Of a stretch of 37,420 nt of DNA, positions 12,916-21,898 are shown in pieces. A program made the translations under genes and the position numbers. Origin of the DNA: Parvularia atlantis (Eukaryota); contig CALSCO010000520.1 in assembly GCA_943704415.1 (NCBI GenBank), positions 1 through 37,420 of the forward strand, in the 5' to 3' direction. How positions within the stretch are numbered: the stretch's first letter is position 1; the number at the start of each line of letters is the position of its first letter. The notes below the pieces were generated by a model that was given only the letters and a program-made list of their open reading frames with translations, searched no databases and was not told where the DNA came from.

Positions 12916-13211
12916 TCACACGGCGGGCGCGCGCGGGTCCGCCGGCACGAGCGCGCGCCCGGGCGGCGCGGCGACCACGCTCAGGTTGTGCTCGACCTGC
13001 CCGGTGCTGCGCGCGAGCGCGACAACGGCCGCGTTGTGCTCGAGCAGCTTGTCGTGCGCGCGGTTGACGCGGTCGACGCTCTCGATCACGCTGCGATCGT
13101 CGCGATCAGGGGCCGCTCAGGGGGGTGGCTCAGGGGGGAAGGTGGCAGGAGGCGGGCAGCGCACCGAGACAGCGCCGCGTTGAGCGCCTCGAGATGATCA
13201 CCGCTCTCCAT
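12916..13211 (-). CDS. Small 73-aa coiled-coil protein, Dad1/Dad4-like (DASH/Dam1 complex subunit candidate)
   Basis: Exon 13211-13165, intron 13164-13091 (GTGCGC...CGCAG), exon 13090-12916. Product: MESGDHLEALNAALSRVIESVDRVNRAHDKLLEHNAAVVALARSTGQVEHNLSVVAAPPGRALVPADPRAPAV*. It has GC3-rich codons and a heptad pattern. The family call is from recalled consensus only. Confidence 0.6.
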
Positions 13212-13339
13212 CGTGTCATGAACTGGCCTCGACCCACGCACCACGGCCATAACTGTTCCCGCGTGCACCCATGCACGACGGCCATGGGCATCCTCACTTC
13301 TCAGACAGGCAGTTTGCGAAACATTAGAGCACGCGCGCC

Positions 13340-14676
13340 ATGACGAAGAAGGTGAGAGCGCGCGCGCGCTCTGCGCCGTCTCACGGGCGCGCCCAGGTGC
13401 TGCTGATGGGCCGCGGCGGCGCGGGCAAGACGTCGATGCGGTCGATCATCTTCGCCAACTACATCGCGCGCGACACGCGGCGGTTCGGCCCCACGTTCGA
13501 CGTCGAGCACTCGCAGGTCCGCTTCTTGGGCAACCTCAACCTCAACCTGTGGGACTGCGGCGGGTGCGACGCGGCGTCGCGGGCGTGTCGTGGCGGCGTC
13601 TCACGCGCGTTTCAACGCCGCGCAGGCAGGACGCGTTCATGGAGAACTACTTCGCCAGCCAGCGCGACCACATCTTCCGCAACGTCGAGGTGCTCATCTA
13701 CGTCTTTGACGTCGAGTCGCGCGAGGTCGACCGCGACATGCACTACTACCAGTCGTGCCTGGAGGTCCGGGCGCGCGTGTGCTGTCCGCTGGGCAGCGCT
13801 CAGCCGCGACTCGCAGGCGATCCTGCAGCACTCGAAGGACGCCAAGATCTTCGCGCTCGTGCACAAGATGGACCTGCTGCAGGAGGACCAGCGCGAGGCG
13901 GTGCGCGTGCGCATGCGACGGCGCGGAGAGGGGGGCCGCTGAGCGCCGATCGCAGGTCTTTCGAGACAAGGAGGCCGACCTGAAGCGCTGCTCGCTGCCG
14001 CTCGACGTGACGTGCTTCAAGACGTCGATCTGGGACGAGACGCTGTACAAGGCGTGCCGCGCATGGGGCAGCGTGGTGCGCTGGCTGACGGGCCGCGCGC
14101 AGGCCTGGTCGTCGATCGTGTACTCGCTCATCCCAAACGTCAAGCTGCTCGAGACGCACCTGCGCTCGTTCTGCGACATCTGTGAGGCGGACGAGGTCGT
14201 ACTCTTTGAGCGGTGCGCCTACCGCTCGCCGTCGTTGCGCGGCCGTGCCTGACGGGCGCCCGCATGTGCCAGTGCCACGTTCCTCGTCATCTCGCACTCG
14301 ACCAGGACAGAGCACAACGACGTGCACCGGTTCGAGAAGATCTCCAATATCATCAAGCAGTTCAAGCTGAGCTGCAGGTGCGCTCGCATGCGCCACCGCA
14401 GCGTGGCTCTGACGCGCCTGCCGCTCGCAGCAAATCGCAGTCGCAGTTCCAGGCGATGGAGGTCCGCACGTCCAACTTCACCGCGTTCATCGACGTGCTC
14501 ACGGGCAACACCTATGTCATGGTGATCATGTCGGACCCGCACATCCGTGCGTCGCGGCCCGTGCACGTGCGCGCGCGGTCGCTCACACGGCTCCCGCAGA
14601 GTCGGCCGCGACGCTGATCAACATCGGCCTCGCGCGGCAGCACTTTGAGAAGCTCGAGAGCGGCAACTTCCGGTGA
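13340..14676 (+). CDS. RRAGA: Rag GTPase A/B (Gtr1), 8 introns
   Basis: [83 protein letters not shown]. Confidence 0.96.
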
Positions 14677-14753
14677 GGCGCCGCGCGCTCCTTGTGTCAA
14701 AGATGTGTTGTGTGTGTGTGCCTCCCCCCCCCCTCCGTTCGCTGCCGGCGCAG

Positions 14754-15867
14754 CTAGCGAGCAGCGAGCGGGCGCGCGCGGAGGGTCACGGTGGGCTGCT
14801 CCAGCGCGCGCTTGCTCTGGATGAGCCGCAGCTCGTTGTGGCGCGGCACGACGCTGGCGTCCTCTGGCGGCGGCCCCGCGGCCACGACCGTCTCGCGCAG
14901 CACGCCCTGGATGCTCGCGACGACGTGCTCGCACGCTGCCCGGCCGCGCGCGTGAGCCAGCCGCGTGACGCGCACCCCGTGGCGCGCGTACCAGTCGCAA
15001 GGTCGTCGCCGCTGCGCCACGTCCACGCGAGGAGCAGCGCGGCCGTGAGGTCGCCCGTGCCGGAGAAGACGCCGCGAACGCGCGGGATGTCGATGGCAAA
15101 CTGCTCGGGCGGCGCGTCGGCGGCGCGCCTGCTGCTGCCGATGAGCGTGATGGCGCCGTCGGACCCGGCGAGCTCGCTGCTCGTGAGCACGACCGTGCGC
15201 GGCCCGAGCGAGTGCAGGCGGTCGATGGCGCGGCGCGCGTCATCCTCGGACGCGATCTGGGCGCCGACGAGCGTCTCGAGCTCGAACTGGTTCGGCGTGA
15301 CGACGTCGGCGAGCGGCACGAGCTCGTCGCGGATGAGCGGGACGAGCTCGAGCGGCACATACAGCCGGCCCTCGTCGCCCATGACCGGGTCGCAGACTGC
15401 GCGCAACGTCAGCGATCGGGGGGCGGCCGAGATGCACAGCAGCAGACGCGCCGTAGACGAGGCCCGGGTTGACGCGCTTGAGCTCGCGCACGACCTGGAC
15501 GAGGCTGCGCAGGAACGATGCCGCGCCGACGTAGCCCGTGAGCACGTGCGAGTAGCGTGTGTGCAGATCGTTCAGCCGCAGACCCTCCACCAGCTCCTCC
15601 AGCTGCTCGCCCTGCAGGCGCTGCCCGCGGAAGGCCGGGTAGCCGGTGTGGTTCGAGAACTGGACGGTGTTGACCGGGTCGACGTCGACGCCGAGCAGCT
15701 GCAGCGGGAACGTCGCGGCCTTGTTGCCGACGTAGCCGCTCACGACGTGGCTCTGCGCGCGCGCGCGCGCGGCGGCGGCGGCGGCCCGATCAGCGTCTTC
15801 GCGAAGGACGAGCACGCGGCAACATTCCCTGCACAACCTGTACAGTCAAGACGCGCGCACTTGCCAT
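14754..15867 (-). CDS. PDXK: Pyridoxal kinase, 3 introns
   Basis: Exon 1 (15867-15838) [10 protein letters not shown] splices to [21 protein letters not shown]. Further motifs: [37 protein letters not shown]. Confidence 0.95.
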
Positions 15868-15878
15868 TCGACACACAA

Positions 15879-16990
15879 ATGGGCGCATCGATCTCGTCCT
15901 TGCCGCCTCGCGCCGAACGCGTCGTCGTCGTGACGGGCGCCGGCGCCGGGATGGGCCTCGCGCTGGCGCAGCGCCTCGATCGTGCCGGATACGTCGTCGT
16001 CGCCACGGCACGCGCCGATGCGGCGCTGGACGAGCTGCGCCGCGTGCTCTCGGCACGCGCGATCGTGCGCCGGCTCGACGTGACGAGCGAGAAGGACGCG
16101 GCCGCGCTCGCGCAGGACCTGGCCGAGCGCTTCCCGCGCGGCGTGTACGCGCTCGTCAACAACGCGGGCGTCGTGGCCACGGGCCAGATCGAGTGGCTCG
16201 GCATCGACACGTACCGGCGCCAGATGGAGACCAACTACTTTGGTGCGCGCCATCGCCCCCCCCCCCCCCCCCCCCCGACGTGCGGTGCCGCGCTGACGAG
16301 CGACAACGGTGAACCAGGCGCAGTGATCATGACCAAGGCGCTGCTCAAGAGCGTGCGCATCGCGCGCGGCCGCATCGTCAACGTCTCGTCCATCTCGGGC
16401 GCGCTCGCGGGCGTCGACTACGGCTCATACGCGCCGACCAAGTTTGCGCTCAACGGTGCGCGCGCACACAAGCACATGCCGGCGTGGCGTGACGCGCAGG
16501 GGGGGCGCTCGCCAGGCTTCTCGGACGCGCTGCGGCGCGAGATGCGCCCGTTTGGCGTGCAGGTGATCGTCGTCGTGCCCGGTATGCACGCGCCCCCGGT
16601 CGCCCTGCGCGCTGCTCATCGCCGTGCCCAGGCCTGATTAAGACGGCGATGGTCGACGAGCCCGTACTGGCCGAGCGCGAGCGCGTCTACCGCGCGCTGC
16701 CGGACGACGTGCGCGCCGCGTACGGCGACGACTTTGTGCGCGTCAGCCGCCAGCGCCTGCAGGACCTGTTCCGCGGGTCGCTCTCGGTGGACGACGCGGT
16801 TGAGGTCATCTTCCACGCGGTCGACGCGCGCAGCCCGCGCCCGTACGTCTACGTCGGCTTGGTCACGTTCGTGCAGTGCCTCGCCGCGTACGTGCTGCCG
16901 CCGGCCGTGTTCGACTTTGCGCTCAGCTTCCTCATGGGCGGCCCGGTCGCGGGGACGCCGCCCGTGCCGGTGCGCGTGAAGGCCGACTGA
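15879..16990 (+). CDS. Short-chain dehydrogenase/reductase (retinol/17-beta-HSD/BDH1-like), 3 introns
   Basis: VVVVTGAGAGMG Rossmann motif, LVNNAG, GRIVNVSS, catalytic YAPTK, SDALRREMRPFGVQVIVVVPG. The N-terminus MGASIS fits an N-myristoylation pattern. Confidence 0.9.
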
Positions 16991-17048
16991 TCTGCCTTGG
17001 TTTTTTTCTTTTTGTGGTACACGACGCGGCTGCGGGAAAGCGGGCTCT

Positions 17049-17952
17049 TCAGTGGCTGGCGGCCTCGCCGTCGTCGTCATCGGCCAGGTCGATCGGGTCG
17101 TCCTTGCGGCCGCCTGTGACGCCGTGTGAGACGCGCGAGGAAGGCCCTACGCACGGCCGCGCACCCTGCACGGTCTGGTTGTACAGCCGGTCGAGGATCT
17201 GGAACGTGCTGTAGCCGAGCTGGCGCAGCTCGATGCTCAGCGGCGCGAGTGCCTCGTCGGGGATGCCGCGCGTGCGCTGCACGGCGCTGTTGTACTGCAC
17301 GAGCGTGTTGGGCGAGAGACGCTGCGCGTGCGCGTGAGCTGCTCGCGTTGATTCAGAGCAGCCGGCGCGGCACCTCGCAGTAGAGGCTGTCCTGGTGCAG
17401 CTCGAGGCCGAGGTCGCGCGCGACCAGGACGAGGTCGTTGCGCGTCTTGAACACGGCCTTGATCTGCAGCAGGAACGTGCGCAGCGTGCCCTCGAACGTC
17501 GCGCGCGCGTTGAGCAGCACCTCGCCGTCGGGCTGCTCGGACCCGGGCAGCGACCTGCTCCCGGCGCGCGAGCCCCGTCAGCACGCGATCGCGCGCGCCC
17601 GAACGAGCGTCGCACCGGAACGCGGCGTACGTGCGCCCGTCGAACGAGACGAGGACGCACGGCAGCTCTGTGCCCTCCTCGTCTGTGTCTCCAAAGTCGT
17701 CGCCCGCGTCGCCCTCGTCGTCGTCGTCGTGCTCGTTCTCCGCCTCGATGCGCGCGCGCTTGGCGCCGCCGGCCGCACGCGGCTTCTCGAGCGCCTGCGG
17801 CGGTTCGATCTGAGCGCGCTGCGTGCGGCGGGTGCATCGCGGGCGAGACGCACGCCGCGCAGGGCCGTGAGCGACTGCGGCAACGAGGCGCCGTCGGCGA
17901 GCGCCTCTGCAACCGTCTGCAGGTGCGATGCGGCCTGCGCGAGCTGCTCCAT
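17049..17952 (-). CDS. Acidic, probably nuclear protein, DUF2420/Rmr1-like, 4 introns
   Basis: Spliced product MEQLAQ...AKRARIE..(acidic)..LPCVLVSFDGRTYAAF...DLVLVARDLGLELHQDSLYCERLSPNTLVQY...PLSIEL...KDDPIDLADDDDGEAASH*. The core resembles the fungal DUF2420 pattern as I recall it. The start codon is uncertain (see COX19 finding). Confidence 0.6.
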
Positions 17953-17968
17953 CTACATGCGCGACAAT

Positions 17969-18015
17969 CTATGCTCTGCTCGCTGTGCCTGTCGCGTTCG
18001 TTGTCGGTACGCCGC

Positions 18016-18047
<32 letters not shown>

Positions 18048-18417
18048 GCCGTCGCACTGTCGCTGCTGCTCGGGTCGGCCAGGCCCCACCGACTCAGGTC
18101 CTCCTTCGCCATGAGGTCGCTGCGGGGCGCGCTCAGCACAACGGCTCGATGTGCGGCAGGCGGCAGCGCGCACCGGTCCATGCGGCACTGCAGGTACTGC
18201 AGCGACAGCGCCTGGCACGGCTCGTGGAAGTGGTGGTGCGACGTTGTGCAGCTCACGTACGCGCGCATCAGCTCCTTGCACTCGCCTGTGCGCATCGGGC
18301 TCAGCACGGCTGGTACGCCACGCCGCACCGCGCGGCCGCACCGTCGTGGTCGAGCGGGAAGCTGCCGCGCAGAGGCGGCGTCCCCTTGTTCCCGCCCGGC
18401 AGCGCCACGAACGACAT
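17969..18417 (-). CDS. COX19: Cytochrome c oxidase assembly factor COX19 (twin CX9C), 2 introns
   Basis: MSF...TPPLRGSFPLDHDGECKELMRAYVSC-x10-CQALSLQYLQCRMDRDLMAKEDLSRWG, followed by a poly-Ser tail. Confidence 0.92.
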
Positions 18418-18491
18418 CCGCTGCGAGGCGCGCGACGTGGTCAGCCCTTCGCCGGCATGCATTCCGCCTGACAGCGAGCCACGCGCCGCGC

Positions 18492-18656
18492 ATGGCCGAG
18501 CGTGCGGACACGTCTGTGCGACGCGACCAGCCAGAGCACAGAAATGGCCGAGCATCGCGGGCATGCAGTTGAGCGAAGGCCAGACAGGCAGAAGGCGTGG
18601 CCGAGCATCGCGGGCATGAGATTGAGCGAGAAAGAGACAAGCGGGCAGCATGGCCG
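18492..18656. repeat. Degenerate ~53-bp tandem repeat (3 units) in the COX19/STRIP divergent promoter
   Basis: RTGGCCG starts at 18492, 18544, 18597 and 18650. Units 2 and 3 share TGGCCGAGCATCGCGGGCATG...TTGAGCGA...AGACA. Confidence 0.8.
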
Positions 18657-21600
18657 GTGCGAGCCCGTTGTCCGTCTCGCGTCCTCCTGACCGCGGGGCC
18701 GCCGCGGCGCGTAGGGCTCAACTCGTCGCAGTTCCCGGACTCGATCACGGCGGCGCAGCTGCGCGACCTGCTGCGCACGGGGCGGCAGAAGCGGGTGCGC
18801 GCGGCGCCTGCCGTGTGTGAGGCGCGAGAGCGTTGACCCGGGCCGCAAACACGCAGGCCGCGATCGTCTACGAGCCGTTTGAGTACGCCGACCGCGACCG
18901 CGTCGAGGCCGAGCTCAACGAGCTGTTCAGCTACGAGGAGCGGGCCGAGCTGGCAAAGCTGTTCGAGCGGTTCTCGGACTCGTTCCCCGAGAAGAGTGCG
19001 GCCGCTTCCGGCGTCGCTGCCGACGCGCTTAACCGGCGAGCGACATGCAGCGTGGAAGAACGCCAACGATAAGGTCCGGCGCGAGTTTGTCATGCTCTGC
19101 CTGGACAAGCTCGACACGGCCGTGAGCGACGCTCACCAGCAGTGGGCCGAGTGCCTACTGTACATCGCGATGGGCGACTACGATGCGTGCGCCTCGTCTG
19201 AGGTTTGTGCTCGCAATTGCTCCGTGTGTCGTGGCTGACGCGGCGTGCGCAGGAGCTGCTCGAGCGCATCGTGCAGAACACGCAGCTGCTCAGGCGATAC
19301 GGCGTCGTGCCCGCGATCATCAGCGCGCTCGACCACACGTGCGACCACCGGCTGTTGCTCGTTGATCAATGCTCACGCGAGGCGCGTGTGTGCGCGCGCA
19401 CAGGTGGAGCGTGAACGGTTCGTGGCAGCTCGTCGCGGTGTACCTGCGCATCCTCGGCATCATCATGATCGTGCACGAGTTGGACCCGAGGCTCGCCGAC
19501 GAGCTCGGTAAGGCTCGCCTTGGCTGCCGCACACGGCTCTGACGCGCGCCCGCGCAGCGCACCCGCGCCGTTTCGGCTGCACGGCCGTCATCCTCTTCTT
19601 CGACATGCTCGGCGGGCTGTCGGACGGGAGGTTACCGCGCGGCATGCCGCTGCAGAAGCTCATGGCGTGCCTGTGCGTGGCTCGCGGGTGCATGCGCCGC
19701 CGCATAACGCGCGCGCAGACGGCTGTCCATCCTCACGTGCTGGGGCGACTCGAACAAGCTCGAGAGGCTCAAGGCCGCCGCGCGCGCCCAGGCAGGCCTA
19801 CCGCCCGTCAAGCCGGGTGCGTGCCGCTTCTCGCGCCTGAGGCCGCAGCTGACGCGCGCGCAGGCATGTACGCCAAGCACACGATGGACGACCTTGTCGC
19901 GTTCGAGCGCGACACGGTCTCGCGCTACTACGGGTTGCAGCCTCTGCGCAAGGGCGCCAAGACGTGCGCGCTGCCGTGCTTTTCTCGCTCGCGCCGCTCA
20001 ACGACGAGCGTTGTGCAGGCTGGCCGACCTGGAGGACACGCTGCCCGTGCCGATCCTCGAGGGCCTGCGCACGCTGCGCGCCAACGTGTACGTGTCGCTG
20101 GGCGAGGTGCAGCTCAAGGCGCGCGCTCCGTGTCCGCGCCGCGATGCGCCAGAACTGACCGCTGCGCCAGACGTTCCTGAAGGAGCGCCTGCCTGCGTGG
20201 CCATGGCCGCCGAGCGCGGTGCAGCCCCCGCCCGACATGACCGCCCTGCTGCACGACATCGAGAGCATCCGCAACGACCTCGTGCGTCTCGGGGCGGGCG
20301 TCACTACGCGGCTGACGCTGGCCATGGCAGGTTGCGATGACGCATAGCCTGCCGCGAACGCTCGTCTCCATGCTCAAGCTGCTGCTTGCGGCCATCCCGG
20401 CCGCCAAAAAGACGCCCGGATCCGTGTCGCTCATGAACGACTTTGACATGAGTGCGTGCGCGAGCTTGCACGTGCAAAGCGTCGGCTCACCCCGCTGCCA
20501 GCGCCGCGCATGGCCCCGGCCGCGGACGCAAACATGGTCGAGCTGACGGCGCAGCAGACGGTCGACGCGAACCGGTACCGCGAGATTCTGTCCAAGTCGA
20601 TCGCGGCCGTGTTCCTGCTCCTGCTCAAGCACGCGCGCATCGTCCGTGCGTGACGGGCGCAAGGGGATCAACGCGCGTTGTCTCACAGCCTGTGCGCGCA
20701 GACGTGCTGCAGTTTGAGCTCATGTCGCAGATCCTGGTCGACAACAACGGTCTTTTGCTGCTCCTACGCTTCTTCAACCAGGACCTGGCGCTGCAGCTGA
20801 GCACGAAGAACGAGCTGGCGCCGTACAGGTGCACGCGAGCGGTGCTGCCTTGCGGTGTGGATCACGCTCGCGACCCGCGCAGCTTCCTGTCGTACGCCGT
20901 GGAGCCGCGCGAGCGCCTCGAGGAGCACGAGTTTGCGCAGGCCGGGCGCACCGAGGTCGAGATCAACTCGGCCGAGGACAACCACACGGTAAGGATGCGG
21001 CTGACGTGCTGAGCCCGGCTGACGCGCGCTTTGCAGCCGATCTACGTCTCATGGCGCACGACACACACAACGGTTGACATGCTGCGCATCCTGCAGAAGC
21101 TGACCAAGCGCAGGCTCGGCCGCGTGCGCATAATGATGGACTTCAAGGCGCCGGTGCGCACCATGTCGCTTGCCGCCACGCCTGCCGTGAACCGGTGCGC
21201 CGCAGACGATTTTGAAGCGCCTGGTCAAGATGCCGCACGACAAGCTCGCGTACTACGCGCTCAAGGCGATCAAGTCGCAGCTGCCGTACCTCGGCCGCAA
21301 GTGGCGCTCGGGTGCGCACCCGCGCACTGAGGTGGTTGAACTCGCCCTGCCTGACGCGGCTGCCGCAGCCAACATGAAGGTCGTCTCGGCCATCTACATG
21401 GACCTGCGCTCGCGCAGCCAGGACGCGGCGCTGCTGAGCGTCAACAGCGATATGGACGGCGAGGAGCTGGTGCGCGCGCACGGCAGCGCACGCAGCGACG
21501 GCGCTCAGCAGGCGCGTGTCGTGCACAGCCGCCTGCGGGTGTCGATGACATGGGGCCGGTCTTGGAGGAGTACGTGCGCACGATCGGGCTGCACGGGCTG

Positions 21601-21860
21601 CGTGACGACTTGGTGCGCGCGCTGGGCCGCCGCCGCAGCATGTGCTCGCGCTGACTCGCGTGCAGAGCGACGGCGAGGGCGAGGACGACCACGACACGAA
21701 CCTGCTGTCGCTCTCGCTGCGCAACATTGACCTGGGCCTGGGCTTCGAGCAGAACTACAGCGCGTGGCTGGCGAGCGAGGTCTACGTGCAGGACCACGAC
21801 GAGGACGACGAGAGCAGCGGGTTCAAGGCGCGGCCGGCGAGCCCGACGACGACGTCATGA
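18650..21860 (+). CDS. STRIP1: Striatin-interacting protein STRIP1/2 (Far11/FAM40 family), ~19 introns
   Basis: FEYADRDRVEAELNELFSYEE, LPVPILEGLRTL, LVSMLKLLLAA, DANRYREILSKSIAAVFLLLLKH, HVLQFELMSQILVDNNGLLLLLRFFNQ, LRILQKLTK, YALKAIKSQLPYLGRKWRSANMKVVSAIY. Confidence 0.92.
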
Positions 21861-21898
21861 CTGGGACTGCTGGTGTCCTGTGATTGAGAAGATCGCGG

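Noticed and set aside
16256..16276. C21 homopolymer
   Set aside because: It is an intronic simple repeat in SDR intron 1, with no evidence of function.
14673..16637. 654-aa + strand ORF suggesting a long N-terminal extension on the SDR
   Set aside because: The first ~400 codons are the antisense shadow of PDXK in GC-rich DNA. The SDR proper begins at 15879.
18018..18046. (CTG)n trinucleotide repeat read as poly-Cys, poly-Gln or poly-Ala ORFs
   Set aside because: It encodes the poly-Ser tail of COX19 on the minus strand. The other frames are shadows.
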